NCBI GenBank assembly: GCA_032718475.1 | Contig: JAUCBJ010003419.1 | Span: forward strand, 1 to 64,000 | Reading direction: 5' to 3' | DNA length: 64,000 nt | Source: Nemertoderma westbladi | Taxonomy: Eukaryota > Animalia > Xenacoelomorpha | Part shown: positions 50,549 through 61,500 of the stretch, piece by piece | How the letters are laid out: each line of letters begins with the position of its first letter | How positions within the stretch are numbered: the stretch's first letter is position 1 | Notes under the pieces: generated by a model | The model's database searches: none | What the model saw: the letters and a program-made list of their open reading frames with translations, nothing else | Told to the model about the DNA's origin: nothing | Program-made: the position numbers and the translations under genes

Positions 50549-51640
50549 CTGTGTTCCAGAATCCAACTCCATACGATCGACGACAGCCGCGCGTTCAGCA
50601 GCCGGGGTGCACTCTATATAGCCGTCCTTAGAGTCCTTGACGTCTCTGTTGGACAGTTTGAGAGGCGCCCCAAACTCCGATCTAATACGAGACACCCTGA
50701 ACCTCTGAAGCGCCCGAGTATCTCTCACGGACTCGTCAACTACCTCCAACTCGCTTCCCAGACTCTCCCAAGGTTTACTCTCAGGCGGTTCATACTTGTA
50801 GACCGTGGTATCAACCTCCTCACCCCCGCTCTCACCCTCCACATCGCTTTCCTCTGCAATATCTTCCTGCATTTGAATAACAGACGCTTTAAAATCCTCG
50901 CTAGTCACGAGAAGGAAATTCTCTCCGAACTTATAACTAGAATCGAAAATAATCATAATTTCCTCGCCGGGGTAGCTGTTTACCGTTCCTTTGAAGGGAC
51001 TCCAATCACTGACGGCAGCTCGCGACTTCATATCAGCGACTATAGTTGCTTTGGGGATGAGTTTAACAGGATTATCGGTAGTAACATCGGTATCAGTCAC
51101 GCAACTAAATATTTCCTGAGTTTTACTCGAGAGGAATAAAGGAACTGCGCCTTGCGGTGGAGTCGACTGCCCCTCTGCAACTCCTTCCTCGAGCTGCATA
51201 AACTCTAGCGTCCGAATTTTCTTTGGTTTCTTTGCAGGTTCCGCGACGGATTCCGAAACGGCAGCGGTTGTAGCGGTGGAGGGTTTGCTTCCGGCGCTGG
51301 AGGGTTTACTCCGAGCGCTACCCGTTCGAGGTCGTCCCCCGGACGAGGCCGGAGTACCGGTACCAGTCCTCCTCGCCGAGGACTTCGCGGACAACGCTTT
51401 AGGGGATCGCTTAGCTGCCTGTCCGGGGGAAGGGGGTACAGGGCCGTCCGGACCGGGGGAAGTGGGTATGGGGGCCACCTGTCCGGGAGAAGGGGGTACG
51501 GGGACGTCCTGTCCGGCGGAGGGTGGACCTGGCGCGGGGGACGATACCTTGTCTCCGACGTCGTCAGTCGCGGCGGAATTCGTTTCGGGTTGTGGTTCTT
51601 GTGATTCCGAACTTTCTTTTTTATCTTCGTTATCAGCCAT
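50549..51640 (-). CDS. DNAI3: DNAI3/WDR63 coding exon 1 (total about 1008 aa from ATG 51640)
   Basis: Pro/Ser-rich N-terminus, then PLFLSSKTQEIFSC...RAAVSDW...YPGEE...FGENF...KPWESLGSELEV; ends LDSGTQ before GGAAGT. Confidence 0.88.
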
Positions 51641-52227
51641 ATTTATTTTCACGATACTTTAAAGGATATGCCTAATATCTGAATATAAACCGTATTTAAA
51701 ATATAATAGTATGCGTTAACTAGTTAGTCTACAAAACAAACTAAAATACACGTACATAACAGCAAAACTAACTATACTATGAAACATTAAATTTAAGAAC
51801 GGATATTTCTGTAAAGACAGAGCATATTATATAGACTGAAACAGCGACATGTAGATAGTGACAGCAATGTGAATGTGTTGTAGGTCATGCGTGACATCGG
51901 GCAATGGTGAATCACCAACTCAGTGATGAGCAAAAACGCCCTTGTCATAGTACAGTAGTCAGGTAGTGGGGGAGGAGTGGTGTCGGTGTGGGCCTAATTG
52001 TTCCGGGTTACGAAAATGGTATTCGCAACTGCATTCTGAACATCATATTTGTTGTATTTATGTTACTATAGGTAGTCCAGTAGTCTTTACCAACCTTTAC
52101 AGCTACAATCTGCGATATCCAAGCCTACCTCTAGGCCTAGCTACTGAGCTACGCACGGTACTGTTGTCATTCTTGCAGTCTCACCCATGGCCTGTCTCAC
52201 CCCACGCTGACATTGTTATTATTTTAT

Positions 52228-52240
52228 GTTGCCATGCAAC
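52228..52240. promoter_or_regulatory. RFX X-box-like motif upstream of DNAI3
   Basis: GTTGCCATGCAAC just upstream of candidate 5'-UTR donors (G|GTGAGA at 52184 and 52200), with an acceptor TATTCAG| near 51679. Confidence 0.4.
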
Positions 52241-52584
52241 ACATATAGCAATGCTATATTTAATTTAGAGCGCATTTATAGCTAATTAATACCAACCGGT
52301 AACTAATCGTTTGATTCTATAAACAATCATACGCTGAAATTTGTCTGCTACTATACTAGTAAGAAAAACAACTATTATATGATAAGCGATGACGAGTTTA
52401 TATCTTATTTAAATATTTAATCGAAGAACAATCACTTCAACAATGTTGAAAATCCATTGTCATCGACATTTGAAACCAAGTACAGATTGCGGAAGTAGGT
52501 CTGCCAGGTAATCTACAAATATTTATATAGGAAAATGGAAGGAAGCTGGAGAGTAACTAGTGGCTCCTCGTGTTGGAGATATTT

Positions 52585-55500
52585 GAACTTGTGGTTCGGG
52601 CAGGAGAGTAACTTGTGGTTCAGGCAGGTGAGTAACTTGTAGCTCGGACAGGAGAGTAACTTGTGGTTCAGGCAGGAGAGTAACTTGTGGTTCGGGCAGG
52701 AGAGTAACTTGTGGTTCGGGCAGGAGAGTAACTTGTAGCTCAGGCAGGAGAGTAACTTGTAGCTCAGGCAGGAGAGTAACTTGTAGCTCAGGCAGGAGAG
52801 TAATTTGCGGTTCGGGCAGGAGAGTAACTTGTAGACCAGGCAGGAGAGTAACTTGTGGTTCGGGCAGGAGAGTAACTTGTGGTTCGGGCAGGAGAGTAAC
52901 TTGTGGTTCGTGCACGAGAGTAACTTGTAGCTCAGGCAGGAGAGTAACTTGTAGCTCAGGCAGGAGAGTAACTTGTAGCTCAGACAGGAGAGTAACTTGC
53001 GGTTTGGGCAGGAGAGTAACTTGTAGACCAGGCAGGAGAGTAACTTGTGGTTCGGGCAGGAGAGTAACTTGTAGCTCAGGCAGGAGAGTAACTTGTAGCT
53101 CAGGCAGGAGAGTAACTTGTAGCTCAGGCAGGAGAGTAACTTGGGGTTCGGGCAGGAGAGTAACTTGTAGACCAGGCAGGAGAGTAACTTGGGGTTCAGG
53201 CAGGAGAGTAACTTGTAGCTTGTACTTGTAACTTGTGGTTCGGGCAGGAGAGTAACTTGTGGTTCGGGCAGGAGTGTAACTTGTAGCTCAGGCAGGAGAG
53301 TAACTTGTAGCTCAGGCAGGAGAGTAACTTGTAGCTCAGGCAGGAGAGTAACTTGCGGTTCGGGCAGGAGAGTAACTTGTAGACCAGGCAGGAGAGTAAC
53401 TTGGGGTTCAGGCAGGAGAGTAACTTGTAGCTCAGGCAGGAGAGTAACTTGTAGACCAGGCAGGGGAGTAACTTGGGGTTCGGGCAGGAGAGTAACTTGT
53501 GGTTCGTGCACGAGAGTAACTTGTAGCTCAGGCAGGAGAGTAACTTGGAGTTCAGGCAGGAGAGTAACTTGTGGTTCGGGCAGGAGAGTAACTTGTGGTT
53601 CGAGCAGGAGAGTAACTTGTAGCTCAGGCAGGAGAGTAACATGTAGCTCAGGCAGGATAGTAACTTTGGGTTCGGGCAGGAGAGTAACTTGGGGTTTGGG
53701 CAGGATAGTAACTTGTAGCTCAGGCAGGAGAGTAACTTGCGGTTCGGGCAGGAGAGTAACTTGTGGTTCGGGCAGGAGAGTAACTTGTGGTTCGGGCAGG
53801 AGAGTAACTTATAGCTCAGGCAGGAGAGTAACTTGTAGCTCAGGCAGGAGAATAACTTGTAGCTCAGGCAGGAGAGCAACTTGCGGTTCGGGCAGGAGAG
53901 TAACTTGTAGAACAGGCAGGAGAGTAACTTGGGGTTCAGGCAGGAGAGTAACTTGTAGCTCAGGCAGGAGAGTAACTTGTAGACCAGGCAGGGGAGTAAC
54001 TTGGGGTTCGGGCAGGAGAGTAACTTGTGGTTCGTGCACGAGAGTAACTTGTAGCTCAGGCAGGAGAGTAACTTGGGGTTCGGGCAGGAGAGTAACTTGT
54101 AGACCAGGCAGGAGAGTAACTCGGGGTTTGGGCAGGAGAGTAACTTGTAGCTCAGGCAGGAGAGTAACTTGGGGTTCAGGCAGGAGAGTAACTCGGGGTT
54201 CGGGCAGGAGAGTAACTTGGGGTTCGGGCAGGAGAGTAACTTGTAGACCAGGCAGGAGAGTAACTTGGGGTTCGGGCAGGAGAGTAACTTGTGGTTCAGG
54301 CAGGAGAGTAACTTGTGGTTCATGCACGAGAGTAACTTGGGGTTCAGGCAGGAGAGTAACTTGTGGTTCAGACAGGAGAGTAACTTGTGGTTCGGGCAGG
54401 AGAGTAACTTGTGGTTCGGGCATGAGAGTAACTTGTGGTTTGGACAGGAGAGTAACTTGTAGCTCAGGCAGGAGAGTAACTTGGGGTTCTGGCAGGAGAG
54501 TAACTTGTAGCTTGTGAAGGAGAGTAACTTGTAGCTCAGGCAGGAGAGTAACGTGTAGCTCAGACAGGAGAGTAACTTGTGGTTCATGCAGGATAGTAAC
54601 TTGGGCTTCGGGCAGGAGAGTAACTTGTAGCTCAGGCAGGAGAGTAACTCGGAGTTCGGGCAGGAGAGTAACTTGTAGCTCAGGAAGGAGAGTAAGTTGG
54701 GGTTCAGGCAGGAGAGTAACTCAGGGTTCGGGCAGGAGAGTAACTTGTGGTTCAGGCAGGAGAGTAACTTGTAGCTCGGACAGGAGAGTAACTTGTGGTT
54801 CAGGAAGGAGAGTAACTTGTGGTTTGAGCAGGAGCGTAACATGTGGTTCGGGCAGGAGAGTAACTTGTAGCTCAGGCAGGAGAGTAACTTGTAGCTCAGG
54901 CAGGAGAGTAACTTGTAGCTCAGGCAGGAGAGTAACTTGGGGTTCAGGCAGGAGAGTAACTTGTGGTTCAGGCAGGAGAGTAACTTGGGGTTCAGGCAGG
55001 AGAGAAACTTGTGGTTTGGGCAGGAGAGTAACTTGTGGTTCGGGCAGGAGAGTAACTTGTGGTTCGTGCACGAGAGTAACTTGTAGCTCAGGCAGGAGAG
55101 TAACTTGCGGTTCGGGCAGGAGAGTAACTTGTGGTTCGGGCAGGAGAGTAACTTGTGGTTCAGGCAGGAGAGTAACTTGTAGCTCAGACAGGAGAGTAAC
55201 TTGTAGCTCAGGCAGGAGAATAACTTGTAGCTCAGGCAGGAGAGAAACTTGCGGTTCGGGCAGAAGAGTAACTTGTAGACCAGGCAGGAGAGTAACTTGG
55301 GGTTCAGGCAGGAGAGTAACTTGTAGACCAGGCAGGGGAGCAACTTGGGGTTCGGGCAGGAGAGTAACTTGTGGTTCGGGCAGGAGAGTAACTTGTAGCT
55401 CAGGCAGGAGAGTAAGTTGGGGTTCGGGCAGGAGAGTAACTTGTAGACCAGGCAGGAGAGTAACTCGGGGTTAGGGCAGGAGAGTAACTTGTAGCTCAGG

Positions 55501-58500
55501 CAGGAGAGTAACTCGGGGTTCGGGCAGGAGAGTAACTTGGGGTTCGGGCAGGAGAGTAACTTGTAGACCAGGCAGGAGAGTAACTTGGGGTTCAGGCATG
55601 AGAGTAACTCAGGGTTTGGGCAGGAGAGTAACTTGGGGTTCGGGCAGGAGAGTAACTTGTGGTTCAGGCAGGAGAGTAACTTGTGGTTCATGCACGAGAG
55701 TAACTTGGGGTTCAGGCAGGAGAGTAACTTGTGGTTCAGACAGGAGAGTAACTTGTGGTTCGGGCAGGAGAGTAACTTGTGGTTCGGGCAGGAGAGTAAC
55801 TTGTGGTTCGTGCAGGAGAGTAACTTGTAGCTCAGGCAAGAGAGTAACTCGGGGTTCAGGCAGGAGAGTAACTTTTAGACCAGGCAGGAGAGTAACTTGG
55901 GGTTCGGGCAGGAGAGTAACTTGTGGTTCGGGCAGGAGTGTAATTTGTGGTTCGTGCAGGAGAGTAACTTGGGGTTCAGACAGGATAGTAACTTGTGGTT
56001 CATGCACAAGAGTAACTTGGGGTTCAGGCAGGAGAGTAACTTGTGGTTCAGACAGGAGAGTAACTTGTGGTTCGGGCAGGAGAGTAACTTGTGGTTCGGG
56101 CAGGAGAGTAACTTGTGGTTCGTGCAGGAGAGTAACTTGTAGAACAGGCAGGAGAGTAACTTGGGGTTCGGGCATGAGAGTAACTTGTGGTTTGGACAGG
56201 AGAGTAACTTGTAGCTCAGGCAGGAGAGTAACTTGGGGTTCTGGCAGGAGAGTAACTTGTAGCTTGTGAAGGAGAGTAACTTGTAGCTCAGGCAGGAGAG
56301 TAACGTGTAGCTCAGGCAGGAGAGTAACTTGTGGTTCATGCAGGATAGTAACTTGGGCTTCGGGCAGGAGAGTAACTTGTAGCTCAGGCAGGAGAGTAAC
56401 TTGGGATTCGGGCAGGAGAGTAACTTGTAAACCAGACAGGAGAGTAACCCGGGGTTCGGGCAGGAGAGTAACTTGTAGGTCAGGAAGGAGAGTATGTTGG
56501 GGTTCAGGCAGGATAGTAACTCAGGGTTCGGGCAGGAGAGTAACTTTGGGTTTGGGCAGGAGAGTAACTTGTAGACCAGGCAGGAGAGTAACTTGGGGTT
56601 CAGGCAGGAGAGTAACTCAGGGTTCGGGCAGGAGAGTAACTTGGGGTTCGGGCAGGAGAGTAACTTGTGGTTCAGGCAGGAGAGTAACTTGTGGTTCATG
56701 CACGAGAGTAACTTAGGGTTCAGGCAGGAGAGTAACTTGTGGTTCAGACAGGAGAGTAACTTGTGGTTCGGGCAGGAGAGTAACTTGTGGTTCGGGCAGG
56801 AGAGTAACTTATGGTTCGTGCAGGAGAGTAACTTGTAGCTCAGGCAAGAGAGTAACTCGGGCTTCGGGCAGGAGAGTAACTTGTAGACCAGGCAGGATAG
56901 TAACTTGTGGTTCGGGCAGGAGAGTAATTTGTGGTTCGTGCAGGAGAGTAACTTGGGGTTCAGGCAGGATAGTAACTTGTGGTTTGGGCAGGAGAGTAAC
57001 TTGTAGCTCAGGCAGGAGAGTAACTTGGGGTTCGGGCAGGAGAGTAACTTGTAGCTCAGACAGGAGAGTAACGTGTAGCTCAGGCAGGAGAGTAACTTGT
57101 AGCTCAGGCAGAGAGTAACTTGGGTTTAGGGCAGGAGAGTAACTTTGTAGACCAGGCAGGAGAGTAACTGGGGGTTCGGGCAGGAAAGAAACTTGTAGCT
57201 CGGGCAGGTGAGTAACTTCTAGCTCAGGCAGGAGAGTAACTTGGGGTTCGGGCAGGAGAGTAACTTGGGGTTCGGATAGGAGAGTAACTTGTGGTTCGTG
57301 CAGGAGAGTAACTTGTAGCTCAGGCAGGAGAGTAACTTGGGGTTTGGGCAGGAGAGTAACTTGTAGCTCAGGCAGGAGAGTAACTTGTAGCTCAGGCAGG
57401 AGAGTAACTTGCAGTTCGGGCAGGAGAGTAACTTGTAGACCAGGCAGGAGAGTAACTTGGGGTTCGGGCAGGAGAGTAACTTGTAGAACAGGCAGGAGAG
57501 TAACTTGTAGACCAGGCAGGGGAGTAACTTGGGGTTCGGGCAGGAGAGTAACTTGTGGTTCGTGCACGAGAGTAACTTGTAGCTCAGGCAGGAGAGTAAC
57601 TTGGGGTTCGGGCAGGAGAGTAACTTGTAGACCAGGCAGGAGAGTAACTCGGGGTTTGGGCAGGAGAGTAACTTGTAGCTCAGGCAGGAGAGTAACTTGG
57701 GGTTCAGGCAGGAGAGTAACTCGGGGTTCGGGCAGGAGAGTAACTTGGGGTTCGGGCAGGAGAGTAACTTGTAGACCAGGCAGGAGAGTAACTTGGGGTT
57801 CGGGCAGGAGAGTAACTTGTGGTTCAGGCAGGAGAGTAACTTGTGGTTCATGCACGAGAGTAACTTGGGGTTCAGGCAGGAGAGTAACTTGTGGTTCAGA
57901 CAGGAGAGTAACTTGTGGTTCGGGCAGGAGAGTAACTTGTGGTTCGGGCATGAGAGTAACTTGTGGTTCGGGCAGGAGAGTAACTTGTAGCTCAGGCAGG
58001 AGAGTAACTTGTAGCTCAGGCAGGATAATAACTTGTAGCTCAGGCAGGAGAGCAACTTGCGGTTCGGGCAGGAGAGTAACTTGTAGAACAGGCAGGAGAG
58101 TAACTTGGGGTTCAGGCAGGAGAGTAACTTGTAGCTCAGGCAGGAGAGTAACTTGTAGACCAGGCAGGGGAGTAACTTGGGGTTCGGGCAGGAGAGTAAC
58201 TTGTGGTTCGTGCACGAGAGTAACTTGTAGCTCAGGCAGGAGAGTAACTTGGGGTTCGGGCAGGAGAGTAACTTGTAGACCAGGCAGGAGAGTAACTCGG
58301 GGTTTGGGCAGGAGAGTAACTTGTAGCTCAGGCAGGAGAGTAACTTGGGGTTCAGGCAGGAGAGTAACTCGGGGTTCGGGCAGGAGAGTAACTTGGGGTT
58401 CGGGCAGGAGAGTAACTTGTAGACCAGGCAGGAGAGTAACTTGGGGTTCGGGCAGGAGAGTAACTTGTGGTTCAGGCAGGAGAGTAACTTGTGGTTCATG

Positions 58501-61500
58501 CACGAGAGTAACTTGGGGTTCAGGCAGGAGAGTAACTTGTGGTTCAGACAGGAGAGTAACTTGTGGTTCGGGCAGGAGAGTAACTTGTGGTTCGGGCATG
58601 AGAGTAACTTGTGGTTTGGACAGGAGAGTAACTTGTAGCTCAGGCAGGAGAGTAACTTGGGGTTCTGGCAGGAGAGTAACTTGTAGCTTGTGAAGGAGAG
58701 TAACTTGTAGCTCAGGCAGGAGAGTAACGTGTAGCTCAGACAGGAGAGTAACTTGTGGTTCATGCAGGATAGTAACTTGGGCTTCGGGCAGGAGAGTAAC
58801 TTTTAGACCAGGCAGGAGAGTAACTTGGGGTTCGGGCAGGAGAGTAACTTGTGGTTCGGGCAGGAGTGTAATTTGTGGTTCGTGCAGGAGAGTAACTTGG
58901 GGTTCAGACAGGATAGTAACTTGTGGTTCATGCACAAGAGTAACTTGGGGTTCAGGCAGGAGAGTAACTTGTGGTTCAGACAAGAGAGTAACTTGTGGTT
59001 CGGGCAGGAGAGTAACTTGTGGTTCGGGCAGGAGAGTAACTTGTGGTTCATGCAGGAGAGTAACTTGTAGAACAGGCAGGAGAGTAACTTGGGGTTCGGG
59101 CATGAGAGTAACTTGTGGTTTGGACAGGAGAGTAACTTGTAGCTCAGGCAGGAGAGTAACTTGGGGTTCTGGCAGGAGAGTAACTTGTAGCTTGTGAAGG
59201 AGAGTAACTTGTAGCTCAGGCAGGAGAGTAACGTGTAGCTCAGGCAGGAGAGTAACTTGTGGTTCATGCAGGATAGTAACTTGGGCTTCGGGCAGGAGAG
59301 TAACTTGTAGCTCAGGCAGGAGAGTAACTTGGGATTCGGGCAGGAGAGTAACTTGTAGGTCAGGAAGGAGAGTAAGTTGGGGTTCAGGCAGGATAGTAAC
59401 TCAGGGTTCGGGCAGGAGAGTAACTTTGGGTTTGGGCAGGAGAGTAACTTGTAGACCAGGCAGGAGAGTAACTTGGGGTTCAGGCAGGAGAGTAACTTGT
59501 AGCTCAGACAGGAGAGTAATTTGTGGTTCGTGCAGGAGAGTAACTTGGGGTTCAGGCAGGATAGTAACTTGTGGTTTGGGCAGGAGAGTAACTTGTAGCT
59601 CAGGCAGGAGAGTAACTTGGGGTTCGGGCAGGAGAGTAACTTGTAGCTCAGACAGGAGAGTAACGTGTAGCTCAGGCAGGAGAGTAACTTGTAGCTCAGG
59701 CAGAGAGTAACTTGGGTTTAGGGCAGGAGAGTAACTTTGTAGACCAGGCAGGAGAGTAACTGGGGGTTCGGGCAGGAAAGAAACTTGTAGCTCGGGCAGG
59801 TGAGTAACTTCTAGCTCAGGCAGGAGAGTAACTTGGGGTTCGGGCAGGAGAGTAACTTGGGGTTCGGATAGGAGAGTAACTTGTGGTTCGTGCAGGAGAG
59901 TAACTTGTAGCTCAGGCAGGAGAGTAACTTGGGGTTTGGGCAGGAGAGTAACTTGTAGCTCAGGCAGGAGAGTAACTTGTAGCTCAGGCAGGAGAGTAAC
60001 TTGCAGTTCGGGCAGGAGAGTAACTTGTAGACCAGGCAGGAGAGTAACTTGGGGTTCGGGCAGGAGAGTAACTTGTAGAACAGGCAGGAGAGTAACTTGT
60101 AGACCAGGCAGGGGAGTAACTTGGGGTTCGGGCAGGAGAGTAACTTGTGGTTCGTGCACGAGAGTAACTTGTAGCTCAGGCAGGAGAGTAACTTGGGGTT
60201 CGGGCAGGAGAGTAACTTGTAGACCAGGCAGGAGAGTAACTCGGGGTTTGGGCAGGAGAGTAACTTGTAGCTCAGGCAGGAGAGTAACTTGGGGTTCAGG
60301 CAGGAGAGTAACTCGGGGTTCGGGCAGGAGAGTAACTTGGGGTTCGGGCAGGAGAGTAACTTGTAGACCAGGCAGGAGAGTAACTTGGGGTTCGGGCAGG
60401 AGAGTAACTTGTGGTTCAGGCAGGAGAGTAACTTGTGGTTCATGCACGAGAGTAACTTGGGGTTCAGGCAGGAGAGTAACTTGTGGTTCAGACAGGAGAG
60501 TAACTTGTGGTTCGGGCAGGAGAGTAACTTGTGGTTCGGGCATGAGAGTAACTTGTGGTTCGGGCAGGAGAGTAACTTGTAGCTCAGGCAGGAGAGTAAC
60601 TTGTAGCTCAGGCAGGAGAATAACTTGTAGCTCAGGCAGGAGAGCAACTTGCGGTTCGGGCAGGAGAGTAACTTGTAGAACAGGCAGGAGAGTAACTTGG
60701 GGTTCAGGCAGGAGAGTAACTTGTAGCTCAGGCAGGAGAGTAACTTGTAGACCAGGCAGGGGAGTAACTTGGGGTTCGGGCAGGAGAGTAACTTGTGGTT
60801 CGTGCACGAGAGTAACTTGTAGCTCAGGCAGGAGAGTAACTTGGGGTTCGGGCAGGAGAGTAACTTGTAGACCAGGCAGGAGAGTAACTCGGGGTTTGGG
60901 CAGGAGAGTAACTTGTAGCTCAGGCAGGAGAGTAACTTGGGGTTCAGGCAGGAGAGTAACTCGGGGTTCGGGCAGGAGAGTAACTTGGGGTTCGGGCAGG
61001 AGAGTAACTTGTAGACCAGGCAGGAGAGTAACTTGGGGTTCGGGCAGGAGAGTAACTTGTGGTTCAGGCAGGAGAGTAACTTGTGGTTCATGCACGAGAG
61101 TAACTTGGGGTTCAGGCAGGAGAGTAACTTGTGGTTCAGACAGGAGAGTAACTTGTGGTTCGGGCAGGAGAGTAACTTGTGGTTCGGGCATGAGAGTAAC
61201 TTGTGGTTTGGACAGGAGAGTAACTTGTAGCTCAGGCAGGAGAGTAACTTGGGGTTCTGGCAGGAGAGTAACTTGTAGCTTGTGAAGGAGAGTAACTTGT
61301 AGCTCAGGCAGGAGAGTAACGTGTAGCTCAGACAGGAGAGTAACTTGTGGTTCATGCAGGATAGTAACTTGGGCTTCGGGCAGGAGAGTAACTTGTAGCT
61401 CAGGCAGGAGAGTAACTCGGAGTTCGGGCAGGAGAGTAACTTGTAGCTCAGGAAGGAGAGTAAGTTGGGGTTCAGGCAGGAGAGTAACTCAGGGTTCGGG

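Noticed and set aside
51641-51652. ORF-track GTG start for DNAI3
   Set aside because: Eukaryotic gene; the in-frame ATG at 51640 (AATATGG) is the likelier start
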